Source of the DNA: a virus
Taxonomy: Duplodnaviria; Heunggongvirae; Uroviricota; Caudoviricetes; Ackermannviridae
IMG/VR virus record: IMGVR_UViG_2974616520_000001
Span: 49,328-113,327 of that record
Strand: one strand, 5' to 3'
DNA length: 64,000 nt
Position numbers and translations under genes: made by a program
Shown here: positions 26,601 to 35,588 of the stretch, one piece after another
Position numbering within the stretch: the stretch's first letter is position 1
Layout of the letters: the number at the start of each line of letters is the position of its first letter
The notes under the pieces: model-generated
Told to the model about the DNA's origin: nothing
Database searches by the model: none
The model's input: only the letters and a program-made list of their open reading frames with translations

Positions 26601-27131
26601 CTATGTGTGTAAATGCGTGGCGATATCGCCAATAATTTTAGTGGTCTTGACCATGTTATTATTGAGACTGAAATCGCTGTCTCGTTTGCCATGACCACAC
26701 CAGGTGTCTGCCAGCTCGTTACCCTTAATCCCCGCATGCCCCTTTACCCACTTGAATGACAAATCACAAACAGGCTTGATCAGATCATGTGTTGCGAACA
26801 TATCCAACCAGAGTTCGACGTTCTTCTCAGGCATGCCCTGGTATTCCCATTTGGCTCGCCATTCTAAGAGTCCTTTCAGTGTGTACTGACTATCCGAGTA
26901 GATCATTGTGGGAGGGATTCGACGGCTTCCGCCGTTAGAGAAATGATATAGCAATTTCATCGAATTTAAAACAGCCGTCATTTCACCGATATTGTTGGTG
27001 CTGGGTGGGGTGAGGTGTCCAAAGTAGACGGACCAGGGTAAATCTTGACGTAAGGGGCTGATCGCAAAGGCCCAACCTGCAGCCTGGTTGGTCTTCGGGT
27101 TTGAAGAACCATCAGTATAAATCTCAATCAT
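26601..27131 (-). CDS. rnhA: ribonuclease HI
   Basis: RNase H motifs IYTDGS, TNN.GE, SDS.Y, WVKGHAG..GNE.AD; ATG 27131. Confidence 0.8.
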   Translation of the reverse strand: MIEIYTDGSSNPKTNQAAGWAFAISPLRQDLPWSVYFGHLTPPSTNNIGEMTAVLNSMKLLYHFSNGGSRRIPPTMIYSDSQYTLKGLLEWRAKWEYQGMPEKNVELWLDMFATHDLIKPVCDLSFKWVKGHAGIKGNELADTWCGHGKRDSDFSLNNNMVKTTKIIGDIATHLHT

Positions 27132-27138
27132 ATAAATA
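27131..27138 (+). promoter_or_regulatory. T4-type late promoter TATAAATA
   Basis: exact TATAAATA 33 nt upstream of ATG 27171 on plus strand. Confidence 0.5.
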
Positions 27139-27170
27139 ACCCAAATTGTATATTTCTGTGAGGAACGGGC

Positions 27171-27944
27171 ATGAACACCGAAAAGCAATACCGGCTGAGC
27201 CTGACAGCAGCTAAGATTGAAGAGCTGTTGCTGTCAATCCAGGACAAGATCAGTCCTGATGATATCGTTTACGAATACACTGCAGGCGGTGAAAAGGGTA
27301 AGATCGCAGCAGCATCAGCCGTCAAAAACATGTGGCTCAAAATCAACGAAATGGTTACTGGCGACGGTCTGAAGGCAGCGATCAATGCCGCAGAAGACAG
27401 TAACGTTTTCACCGACAATTATAAGTCAATTCTGGATCGTGAAAGCTTTAAATTTGTTGGCTCTCCAGCGGATATCCTGGCGCGTGACGATATCAACACC
27501 CAGGCGTTCACAGGCGGTGAAGTCATTCTGTTACAGAAGAACGTAGCAGGAAACCCAGAGTTCCAATACTGGAAGCGTACCCCTGGCACCAATGGGGCTA
27601 ACCCGACATTTGAATGGGCTTCGGTTGATGCAGGCGGGGCGAACGATGCCAACATCACCATCCCGGCAGTTGGCACTCAGTTACTGAAGTCTATCCCGAA
27701 GTCGCTCTTCCATATGGTCGAATTCAGGATCCACTCCTACGAAGCCAACAACGGTCACTGGCAGTCGGTTGACGGGAAGCTGGGCTATCGTGGAGACGAC
27801 CTTGTGATCAGCGAATACAACGGCGTGAAGACCAAAGACCTGGTTCAGATCGGGTACAGCCAGACAGCAACCAACATGGACATCAACATCAAAACTCTGG
27901 TGCCTGATGTCAAATGTTGGTTGTCTATCATTACCGGCTATTAA
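27171..27944 (+). CDS. hypothetical late protein (257 aa), possible virion component
   Basis: only plus-strand gene in a long minus-strand block; preceded by TATAAATA; Gly/Asn/Thr-rich. Confidence 0.5.
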   Translation: MNTEKQYRLSLTAAKIEELLLSIQDKISPDDIVYEYTAGGEKGKIAAASAVKNMWLKINEMVTGDGLKAAINAAEDSNVFTDNYKSILDRESFKFVGSPADILARDDINTQAFTGGEVILLQKNVAGNPEFQYWKRTPGTNGANPTFEWASVDAGGANDANITIPAVGTQLLKSIPKSLFHMVEFRIHSYEANNGHWQSVDGKLGYRGDDLVISEYNGVKTKDLVQIGYSQTATNMDINIKTLVPDVKCWLSIITGY

Positions 27945-29656
27945 GATTCAAAGATGGCCTCGGTGAACCATGCTGGGAAGAACTCAGGGTTCCGGGACAG
28001 CAGGTTCTCAAACGAGCGGTCAAGGATGTAGGTGTTAGCCCAGTCATCCACGCCGCGTACCGAGCGCCCGCACATCTGTACGATACGCAGTACTGCCTCA
28101 CGGAAGTATGCAGACGGATCCACCTGGTTGACGTGAGCAATCAGGGGGTCTCCGAGGTAGGCGTAAGGCACCTTGATAATGATCTGAAACCGGCTGATAT
28201 CACCCTTGAAGTCATATCCCTCCTCCATAGCCGGGGAAGCAATGATCACCTTGCGGCCCTGCTTAGCAGCATCATTCTGGTAGCCCAACAGAGCATCACG
28301 AGTACGCGGCACCACAATCTTCTGGCGGTGCTTGCTGAACTTCTGGATAGCCTCGGCCCGGTCATAGCTCACCGTATGGATAATGCCGTTCACATCACCC
28401 TCAAAGTCGATGATCTCATCCACGCTCTTGACGAACTGCTTCATTTCATAATCACCCATGTTATTGTTCATCTTCATAACAGGGATATAGTTGATCTTAC
28501 GGTTCTCAACAGGGATTGGGTTGCCTACTGTGATCGCCTGGTACTCGCCCTTTTTGATGCCCATATCACGAGCATAAGAATCAATGCCGCAGATGGTGGC
28601 AGACATGTGCAGGAAGTAATCGGCCTTACGCAGCACACCAAACTCGCTGACGTCAGCTGCCAGTACTGCCTTGAACAGGATCTGACCATCCCCCTTCTCA
28701 TGCACGATGAAAGTGTGGGCGTCGGTATCGGCCATGATAGAGCAGTAGTCTGAGAGGTTATGGAGGATGTCTATGATGTCACCCAGGCGCATTACCTGCA
28801 CGTCTGTCAGAGAGTCGCTCGTGATCATCTCATCAAGGATCTCAACCGTACCTTCCACCACAGTGTGCATATCATCAAAGATGTTGACCAGTTCCTCAGG
28901 AAGGCGGTACAGCTTGCCCAGCTCATAGTCTTTGGTCATCTGGATAACCGTGGTCATCAGCTTGACCATCTCGTCCCCGTTCGGGATGCCCTTCAGCCCC
29001 GCAAGCGTCTTGAGGTCATACTCCATGATGGTGTGATCAAGTAGCGCCTGAGGCATTTTGTGGCACTCATCCAGGATGATGAAGTCAGAGCGGTTCTCAG
29101 GTTCCATACACAGGCTTGAGCACATCTCTACCAGCATGGCTGAGTTGGTGCAGCGCAGATCAGACATCTTGGTCCAGTGATTACGGGCCTGAACATACGG
29201 ACAGCGCTTGGGTGAGCAATTACCATCACGGCATTGGATACGGCACTGCACAGAGTTGTAGTAGATGTCAGAGTGGACGTGACAGCGATAGTTCTTCTTT
29301 CCCTTGAGGATTGCCAGCTTGACATGGTCCTCTTTTGCATACTGGTCCTGGAGTCCCTTCGTAGGCGTAGAGATAGACGTTCTCCACTGACCCATAGGAT
29401 CGTTGGCGATTACCAGCGAACGGATCACCTGGTGAATTGTGAGGCCGATATGGGACTTGCCGACGCCGGTAGGGGCTTCAATGATGATGTGCTTCATCTT
29501 TTTGTTGACGAGGGCATCAACGCCTTCAACAATAGCCTCCAGCTGCCCTGCGTTAAAGGTCGGATACGGGAAGTAATGGCGGGCCAGACTCTCAATGGTA
29601 GCCAGGGGAACCGGCTCTCTGATTGTACTGAGCGCCTTCTTGGTTTGTAGGAACAC
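27941..29656 (-). CDS. DinG/Rad3-family (XPD-like) Fe-S helicase
   Basis: 571 aa; Walker A APTGVGKS, DECH box (ILDECH), Cys cluster between motifs (CHVH...C..QC..GNC....C). Confidence 0.75.
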   Translation of the reverse strand: MFLQTKKALSTIREPVPLATIESLARHYFPYPTFNAGQLEAIVEGVDALVNKKMKHIIIEAPTGVGKSHIGLTIHQVIRSLVIANDPMGQWRTSISTPTKGLQDQYAKEDHVKLAILKGKKNYRCHVHSDIYYNSVQCRIQCRDGNCSPKRCPYVQARNHWTKMSDLRCTNSAMLVEMCSSLCMEPENRSDFIILDECHKMPQALLDHTIMEYDLKTLAGLKGIPNGDEMVKLMTTVIQMTKDYELGKLYRLPEELVNIFDDMHTVVEGTVEILDEMITSDSLTDVQVMRLGDIIDILHNLSDYCSIMADTDAHTFIVHEKGDGQILFKAVLAADVSEFGVLRKADYFLHMSATICGIDSYARDMGIKKGEYQAITVGNPIPVENRKINYIPVMKMNNNMGDYEMKQFVKSVDEIIDFEGDVNGIIHTVSYDRAEAIQKFSKHRQKIVVPRTRDALLGYQNDAAKQGRKVIIASPAMEEGYDFKGDISRFQIIIKVPYAYLGDPLIAHVNQVDPSAYFREAVLRIVQMCGRSVRGVDDWANTYILDRSFENLLSRNPEFFPAWFTEAIFES

Positions 29657-29785
29657 GGCGTATCTCCATGGTGTGGTGTGGGGCTATTCTAACTCATGGG
29701 CAGTCAATAGCAAAAACCCCGCACGCGGCGGGGTTTCTGTACTTCAAGCCAGCATCTGTGACTTGCACAGACGCCGCAGCCGATT

Positions 29786-30058
29786 TTATTTGTTCAGCGC
29801 AGCTTTCAGCTTTTCACCAGCTGAGAACGCAGGCTTGATCGACGCAGCGATAGTGATTGCCTGACCATTCGATGGGTTGCGACCCTGACGCTCTGCCTGA
29901 TGGCGCGGCTCAAAGGTGCCGAAGCCGATCAGCTGAACTTTACGGCCCGCCTGCAGCTCAGAGGTGATACCATCAGTTACCAGTTTGATCGCTTTCTCTG
30001 CTTCAGTTTTGGTCACGCCGGTAGCGGCGATTGCTTCGATAAGGGCTTGCTTTGACAT
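29786..30058 (-). CDS. HU/IHF-family DNA-binding protein
   Basis: 90 aa; canonical HU signature (GFGTFE..R.AR.GRNP.TG..I.I). Confidence 0.8.
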   Translation of the reverse strand: MSKQALIEAIAATGVTKTEAEKAIKLVTDGITSELQAGRKVQLIGFGTFEPRHQAERQGRNPSNGQAITIAASIKPAFSAGEKLKAALNK

Positions 30059-30144
30059 ATTTTGAATCTCCCGACTCAGTTAATGGTTGTGTTTACGTGT
30101 ACTGCTAAAAGAGGTTTACAGCTTACCGTACAACTACTTATTGA

Positions 30145-30618
30145 CTAAATTTTATCTTGCTCTGCGTTCAGGGCCAGGCGCACGGCGTCATGAACACGCT
30201 GGACCATACGTTCTGCCATCTGTTCATCGATGTTACCAACCGTGAAGCGCACAGCTTCTACCCCGGCGTCCATCACATCACCCGGCAACTTGTGGTAACC
30301 ATGGAAGCCATTGGACCTGAAGTCTTCCATGTAACCAGCCAGGTCTTGAGCGTTTTCAATGCTGATCCAGCGATCAGACAGGTTCATTTCTTCCAGGTCT
30401 GAATCAGACAGGGTATGGTCAAAGAAGTGAATACCAGAGGCATTACAGTAGTCCGGCTTGATATTGTTCTCAAACTGGAAGATGTCATAGCCCGCCAGCG
30501 CATTCTGAAGACGTACTGCTTCATCATACGTCGGGACCTCAAAGGTGAAGGCTTTGCCTGGAACCTGTGGTACATGCCATACACGGAACTGTAATTGGAA
30601 CTTGGTTACGTCGGTCAT
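30145..30618 (-). CDS. hypothetical protein (157 aa)
   Basis: ORF; acidic. Confidence 0.45.
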   Translation of the reverse strand: MTDVTKFQLQFRVWHVPQVPGKAFTFEVPTYDEAVRLQNALAGYDIFQFENNIKPDYCNASGIHFFDHTLSDSDLEEMNLSDRWISIENAQDLAGYMEDFRSNGFHGYHKLPGDVMDAGVEAVRFTVGNIDEQMAERMVQRVHDAVRLALNAEQDKI

Positions 30619-30698
30619 ATAAACTCCAAAAGAAAGGGGAACTGCTATGGGTTCCCCTATAATACCAGGCCCAATAATATTGAGCCGTTGTTTGTTAA

Positions 30699-31514
30699 TC
30701 AGAATGACGCGCTGTACAGCCCTGAAGCAACTTCAGTCAGGTTGACACGCCCAATCGCAGTTTTCATCACCGGGGTCTGAAGCCCCTGGACTTCATGGAT
30801 CATTTTGATCAGCGCATGGCAGCTCATCTTACCCGTCTTGGTCAGGGTCAGTTTACCCGGCCCGACTTCCACCAGAATGATGCGCTGTTTTCGACTGATA
30901 CGGATATCGAAGTTGCTTTTCCCAATTACCTCACGCAGGGCTGATGGGAACACGATCTGGCCGCTACAACGCAGGCTCAGGAACAATTCGCCGCGCCGGG
31001 TGTGGACTTCAGACTGCAGGTCACTCACTGAGACGAAGTCGTCTTCATCGTCAGTACGCAGTGGAGCGTTGGAATCAAATTTGATTTCGCCTTCTTCACG
31101 CGCCTTGACAACAGCCATTTCACAGCGAACGGCTTCTTGGATCTGGGCAGCAGCTGTGCGGCCTAACTCCTGGAAGGTTACTGGCTCAGGTTTCGTCACC
31201 TTGGTCAGGGTTTCCTGTGCCTTCATCATCCGGGAAGCCCGAGAGTTGGTAGACTTAGCCGTTGGAGTTTCTGTGGCGTTGGCGGAGTTTACAAATACGT
31301 CACCCCGGCGCACACCAACCAGTTCCAGGCTGTCAAAGATACCCTGCATGACAGTAACACGGCCATCAGGATACCAGAGAGTGGCCCCACGCTTGAACTC
31401 TGTCGCAGAGAAGATTCGGCCGTCTTCATGACGCAGGATAACGCGGGCTTCCTTTGGAAGTGTTTCAGAGTAAGCAATGAGAGTTTCAGGGAGGAGTGGT
31501 GTGGTAGTTTTCAT
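30699..31514 (-). CDS. hypothetical protein with C-terminal AbrB/SpoVT-like swapped-hairpin region
   Basis: ATG 31514 (GAGAG RBS); C-terminus GQIVFPSALREVIGKSNFDIRI..RIILVEV resembles AbrB/MazE-type DNA-binding barrel. Confidence 0.35.
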   Translation of the reverse strand: MKTTTPLLPETLIAYSETLPKEARVILRHEDGRIFSATEFKRGATLWYPDGRVTVMQGIFDSLELVGVRRGDVFVNSANATETPTAKSTNSRASRMMKAQETLTKVTKPEPVTFQELGRTAAAQIQEAVRCEMAVVKAREEGEIKFDSNAPLRTDDEDDFVSVSDLQSEVHTRRGELFLSLRCSGQIVFPSALREVIGKSNFDIRISRKQRIILVEVGPGKLTLTKTGKMSCHALIKMIHEVQGLQTPVMKTAIGRVNLTEVASGLYSASF

Positions 31515-31531
31515 GGTGTAGTCTCTCAAAA

Positions 31532-31547
31532 GGGGGCCGTAGCCCCC
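31532..31547 (-). other. intercistronic hairpin, UACG tetraloop on mRNA
   Basis: GGGGGC-cgta-GCCCCC between stop 31559 and ATG 31514. Confidence 0.6.
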
Positions 31548-31558
31548 GCAAAGGTTAG

Positions 31559-32338
31559 TTATTTGACTGACACGGCCTTGGCAGAGGACGAGCCGTCGAC
31601 AATCATGGTGCAGCTTGAGCGTTTGGCACATTCAGCAACAGCCAGGTTGTACTCATGCTGAAGGAACTCAGGCGTCAGAGACTGCTGCAGTTTTTCGTTT
31701 GCCAGAGCATCCTGTTCGCGGATCCCGACACGCTTACGGGCAGTCTCCAGGTCTTTGTCAGCCATGATGTTGTTCTGAATAGACTGTTCGATAGTCTTAT
31801 CAGTATCGGCTGTGGTTACAATGACGCGGGTCACAGTGAACGTATGAGGAGCTGCTGCGTCCAACATGGCCTGGGCTTTCTCTTTCACAGAGGCTTCCAG
31901 CAGCGCACGATTCTGGTGAATCAGAAGTGACTCAAAGGTGGCTACTGAGTCCATAGACGCTGATTGGGAGATATCATGCACCATGCTGTAACCAGGGAGA
32001 TAAACACCGTTATCACCCTTCACGCTCATGTTGCTGAACTTGGTCTGAAAGCCTGGGATGGCTGCTGGTGTTGCCACGTAATAGACAGAAAGGTCCAGCT
32101 TTTCCATCTTCAGGTTATCTTTGGCCTTTGGCGTCAGATCTACCAGTTTAACCGCCACTTCCTTCGTGGTGTAGATGTCCACGTCAGAGATGATGCTGGT
32201 ATAAAAACCGTTCGCGACAGGCTTGGGATCAACGTCACCAAACTGTGTGCGAACACCCACGTTACCCTGGTCGATAACACCGCAACCGGCCAGCAGGAAA
32301 GCTGACAACATGATAAAGAGACCAAGAACTTTTTTCAT
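31559..32338 (-). CDS. SPFH/band-7 (prohibitin-like) domain lipoprotein
   Basis: signal peptide + lipobox LLAGCG; SPFH-like core (QGNVGVRTQFGDV ... coiled-coil C-terminus). Confidence 0.55.
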   Translation of the reverse strand: MKKVLGLFIMLSAFLLAGCGVIDQGNVGVRTQFGDVDPKPVANGFYTSIISDVDIYTTKEVAVKLVDLTPKAKDNLKMEKLDLSVYYVATPAAIPGFQTKFSNMSVKGDNGVYLPGYSMVHDISQSASMDSVATFESLLIHQNRALLEASVKEKAQAMLDAAAPHTFTVTRVIVTTADTDKTIEQSIQNNIMADKDLETARKRVGIREQDALANEKLQQSLTPEFLQHEYNLAVAECAKRSSCTMIVDGSSSAKAVSVK

Positions 32339-32532
32339 TAACGCGACTCCAAAAAGATGAGGATGATTAGCCAGGCCGTTATCAGGCTGAGGCCGATTAA
32401 GATGACATTGCGTGCGATCTTCAGCAGGCGCTGTCGGTTTTTAAAATAGTCGGTGGTCAGCAGAGTCTTCCAAAAGAAGAACCCCGCAAACGCCAACACA
32501 ATAAAAATCAGGGCAAACCGTAAAATGAACAT
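32338..32532 (-). CDS. small 2-TM membrane protein coupled to SPFH gene
   Basis: 64 aa, two hydrophobic helices; stop/start overlap TAATG with SPFH gene (NfeD-like positional partner). Confidence 0.45.
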   Translation of the reverse strand: MFILRFALIFIVLAFAGFFFWKTLLTTDYFKNRQRLLKIARNVILIGLSLITAWLIILIFLESR

Positions 32533-32535
32533 GAT

Positions 32536-32745
32536 TCAACCTACAATAACAATTTCAACTTCAACCTGAGTATGGGCACTCAGTTCAGATTCACCTGCGA
32601 CGGCCCGCGCCACCCGATTAACGTAGCCGGTCCGGGCGTGAGAATCGCTGTCTTTCAGGCAGTTCAGGTTTTTGATAACTATCGGAACATCACCAAGGCT
32701 CTGGTGATACTCGGCCCTGGTCATTTCGATTTTGACCTTAGCCAT
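32536..32745 (-). CDS. hypothetical protein (69 aa)
   Basis: ORF. Confidence 0.35.
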   Translation of the reverse strand: MAKVKIEMTRAEYHQSLGDVPIVIKNLNCLKDSDSHARTGYVNRVARAVAGESELSAHTQVEVEIVIVG

Positions 32746-32908
32746 AGAAGGCTACCTTAACCGCAATCAGGATCACGGCCCACACAGCGATAGAGCTGAA
32801 GAGTGCACGCACTGGATTGCCAGCAAAGAAGTTCAGAAGACGAGTCTTCATGTTACGACGAGGAATAACAGGGATTGGTGCTTGTTGTGATGCGTTGATT
32901 GCTGACAT
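32738..32908 (-). CDS. small C-tail-anchored membrane protein (~56 aa)
   Basis: ATG 32908 with GAGGG RBS (track start 32998 is TTG); C-terminal TM helix. Confidence 0.4.
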   Translation of the reverse strand: MSAINASQQAPIPVIPRRNMKTRLLNFFAGNPVRALFSSIAVWAVILIAVKVAFYG

Positions 32909-32994
32909 TTGTAGTTCCCTCAGTGCTGCGTGGTTGATGAGGTGAACTATAGCGCCTTCTAAAGTTATTGAATACTGTTTAGAAGGCGCTTTTA

Positions 32995-33294
32995 TCAACG
33001 AACGAAGTCAGAAGCAATTCTTGAGCAGTAAATGAGAGTGCGGGTTGTGTCACGGCCTTCTCCCTGAGCGGAAGTCTGAAGTTGTTTGTCATTGGCGGCT
33101 TCGTGTAGCTGAGTTGGGTTGAAGACTTTAGATTTCTTTAACTCCAATTCCAGTTTTGCCTTCAGCAGCCCGGTCTGGCGGTCGTTGTGGGTTTCGTCAT
33201 AGGTGGTGAGCCAGGCCAGGCAGGTATGGATCTCGTCCGGCTGAGCACTGGCGGTGACCGTGTACAGGGCCAGTATGATTGCAAGGTATTTCAT
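32995..33294 (-). CDS. secreted hypothetical protein (99 aa)
   Basis: N-terminal signal peptide (MKYLAIILALYTVTASA). Confidence 0.45.
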   Translation of the reverse strand: MKYLAIILALYTVTASAQPDEIHTCLAWLTTYDETHNDRQTGLLKAKLELELKKSKVFNPTQLHEAANDKQLQTSAQGEGRDTTRTLIYCSRIASDFVR

Positions 33295-33788
33295 GGATTA
33301 ATTCCTTTCCGAACTTTTGCGCAATATTGGTCCATACTGGCCTTGGTGTAGGTCTCACCATCTTCTATGTATCGCCCGCCCATGAAGATATTGCCGCCAA
33401 TACGTCCACCCAAATCATAAGCATCATGACTGATACCACCCTGACTTTTATATGAATTCACGTGCTGCGTATATAGGCGGACGGCTAATTTTTGGTCTGC
33501 GGAGAAATCATTTTTAAACACCAGACCAGCCAGTGAGCTGATGCTGCCCATCTCACCGATTGCAGAGGCGTTGTAGTACCCAGCACAAATGGAATTGTTC
33601 ATGATGCTCAGCTCACGCGGAGTGGCGTCCATGGTGAGGGTGATGTCAGGTAGCTCGTGAGTGACCTCTGGATCTTTGTACTCAGGAGCCAGGCGAATCA
33701 CATTACCCGAGCTGTTCTCTACAGAACGGGCGTGTACCGGCGCTGAGATAAAGCAGAGACCTGCGATGATAGGAATTAAGATTTTCAT
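33291..33788 (-). CDS. secreted hypothetical protein (165 aa)
   Basis: N-terminal signal peptide (MKILIPIIAGLCFISAPVHA); ATGA overlap with downstream gene. Confidence 0.45.
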   Translation of the reverse strand: MKILIPIIAGLCFISAPVHARSVENSSGNVIRLAPEYKDPEVTHELPDITLTMDATPRELSIMNNSICAGYYNASAIGEMGSISSLAGLVFKNDFSADQKLAVRLYTQHVNSYKSQGGISHDAYDLGGRIGGNIFMGGRYIEDGETYTKASMDQYCAKVRKGINP

Positions 33789-33842
33789 GGGGTTGCCTCA
33801 ATAGTTAATTTAACGTATGAGGCAATGATAGTTGATCGATTA

Positions 33843-34304
33843 TTATTGAAAAGTATTTCCGGCATCAGAAACCGTGCGATGTCTGATTCCCGTAAACTTG
33901 TTGGCCACCTTGATGAACTCCAGGGCAGGCATAGCAACATGGTAGCCTTTGATCTTCTTCCGGTCATCTATGTTGAGAGCGGCCACAAATCGGTGAGAGC
34001 CGTCGACCACATAATAGTCAGATGTCACCCAGATGGGCTGGATTTTCTTTTTGGCCCGGATACCCTTCATCATCTTCCAGATCTTCATCTTGTTCATCTC
34101 GTTCTGAGTAAGACGCAGCCGGTCAAGGCTAAACATGCGGTCTTCCACAGTGATGTCTTGGTTCTGAAGATAGGTGATGAAGTCCTCGGTCTTGTCCGAG
34201 TCAATCTGGGGCATAGAGGTACGAGAAAGCCCCAGGTTCCCGACAGGGATTCTGAGGCCATTGATAATGGTGAGCCAGTCAACAAAGGTGCGGTACATAG
34301 ACAT
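33843..34304 (-). CDS. ParB/sulfiredoxin-like nuclease-domain protein
   Basis: 153 aa; motif PIWVTSDYYVVDGSHRFVAAL matches ParB N-terminal (DGxHR) signature. Confidence 0.45.
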   Translation of the reverse strand: MSMYRTFVDWLTIINGLRIPVGNLGLSRTSMPQIDSDKTEDFITYLQNQDITVEDRMFSLDRLRLTQNEMNKMKIWKMMKGIRAKKKIQPIWVTSDYYVVDGSHRFVAALNIDDRKKIKGYHVAMPALEFIKVANKFTGIRHRTVSDAGNTFQ

Positions 34305-34325
34305 CGGGCCGTCCCCAAATAGCAG

Positions 34326-34889
34326 TTATCCCTTACTTAGCTTGGCCTTGAGCGCGGTGAAGTTATCTCTTGACAATTTACCGGTACGAAGAATCCGGGC
34401 ATAATCGGTTGATACCAGAAGGAACACCAGGCGTCCATTCCGACGTTTGACCAAATAATACTCCTGGCGTACACGATAACCTTTATCTAAGAAATGATCA
34501 ATAATATCACAGTTCTGTGGCTGCGTACCCTTGACGAGATTAAAGGCTTCAGTGGCTTTATGACCAGTAGCGTCAGGGAATAATTCTTCGCTGAGTTTTA
34601 CCTTTTTGGCTGGTTTCGTAAATGATTCCTGAATCATGTCACGCAGGGTTTCAGGTTGACCATTGACCGCAGGGGTTTCAAGTAATTTGGTGACGCTGTC
34701 CATGGTGTAGCTCAGTTCCGTCTGGCGTAACTGATTTTCCATCAGCAGCATGATGGCCGCTTTGATATCGCCTGAATCCAGGGCAACTTTTGCTGTAGCA
34801 ATATTTCGCACCAGAATGCTGTTAAAATAGGTTGATCCTATGACTTCTTTAACGCGTTCTGTAATCAGGGTATGGTGTTTGATGATCAT
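34326..34889 (-). CDS. hypothetical protein (~187 aa)
   Basis: ATG 34889 with GGAG RBS. Confidence 0.45.
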   Translation of the reverse strand: MIIKHHTLITERVKEVIGSTYFNSILVRNIATAKVALDSGDIKAAIMLLMENQLRQTELSYTMDSVTKLLETPAVNGQPETLRDMIQESFTKPAKKVKLSEELFPDATGHKATEAFNLVKGTQPQNCDIIDHFLDKGYRVRQEYYLVKRRNGRLVFLLVSTDYARILRTGKLSRDNFTALKAKLSKG

Positions 34890-34932
34890 GATATAGCTCC
34901 ACAAGAAAGGCCGGGGTCACCGGCCTTGATTA

Positions 34933-35172
34933 TTAATGGACTGACTTCAATGCAAGGTAGAGACTGTGGTGTTTACTGATGGCCTTCGTCTGTACAACCT
35001 TTTCAACAATCGGGTAAACGCGCCATGCTCCCTGCTTATACGCAATCTTGTAGTCAAGACGCACCAGGTGGGAGCACCCATTCTTCTCCCAGGCGATCTG
35101 AAAGTCTTTTGCCCGGAAGTAGCCGACGTTCTTGCCGATTTCTGAATTGATTTGTATTACGGTTAAAGCCAT
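34933..35172 (-). CDS. hypothetical protein (79 aa)
   Basis: ORF. Confidence 0.4.
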   Translation of the reverse strand: MALTVIQINSEIGKNVGYFRAKDFQIAWEKNGCSHLVRLDYKIAYKQGAWRVYPIVEKVVQTKAISKHHSLYLALKSVH

Positions 35173-35270
35173 TGTATAGTTCCTTCTTTCAATCGGCGGG
35201 AGCCTATTTCCCGCTTCAAGTTCAATAATACTCGGGCTTATTGAAGAAGTAAACCGTTATCAATAAACTA

Positions 35271-35570
35271 TTAGTCCTCTACCTGTACCAGACCTTTTGA
35301 CAGCGCATCGACGACTTCATCAATGCTGAGGGTGCCGATATACCAGTCAGGCAACGCATCATCTGGGATATTAATCTCCAGGTCATCTTCCAGCTCCATG
35401 ATGAACTCGATATAATCCAGCTCATCCATGGCGAAATGTTCATCCAGCTGAAGGGCTGCAATGGCGGACACATTACCGTTGACCTTGTACTCTTCCAGCT
35501 CGGCTGGGGTGCTATATGAGTTGCTCTCGACAGTTCTCAGTACACGGAGGATCAGATCCTTACGTTTCAT
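35271..35570 (-). CDS. acidic acyl-carrier-protein-like protein lacking the phosphopantetheine serine
   Basis: 99 aa; helix II region FAMDELDYIEFIMELEDDLEINIPDDA parallels ACP [28 protein letters not shown] but DSL is DEL. Confidence 0.4.
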   Translation of the reverse strand: MKRKDLILRVLRTVESNSYSTPAELEEYKVNGNVSAIAALQLDEHFAMDELDYIEFIMELEDDLEINIPDDALPDWYIGTLSIDEVVDALSKGLVQVED

Positions 35571-35588
35571 TTCATCACCTATAAGAAA

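Noticed and set aside
32941-32990. 11-bp inverted repeat AGCGCCTTCTA...TAGAAGGCGCT with 19-nt loop downstream of 32995 gene, considered as terminator
   Set aside because: No U-tract on the minus (coding) strand and a loop too large for a canonical terminator. May be a protein-binding palindrome, but evidence is insufficient.
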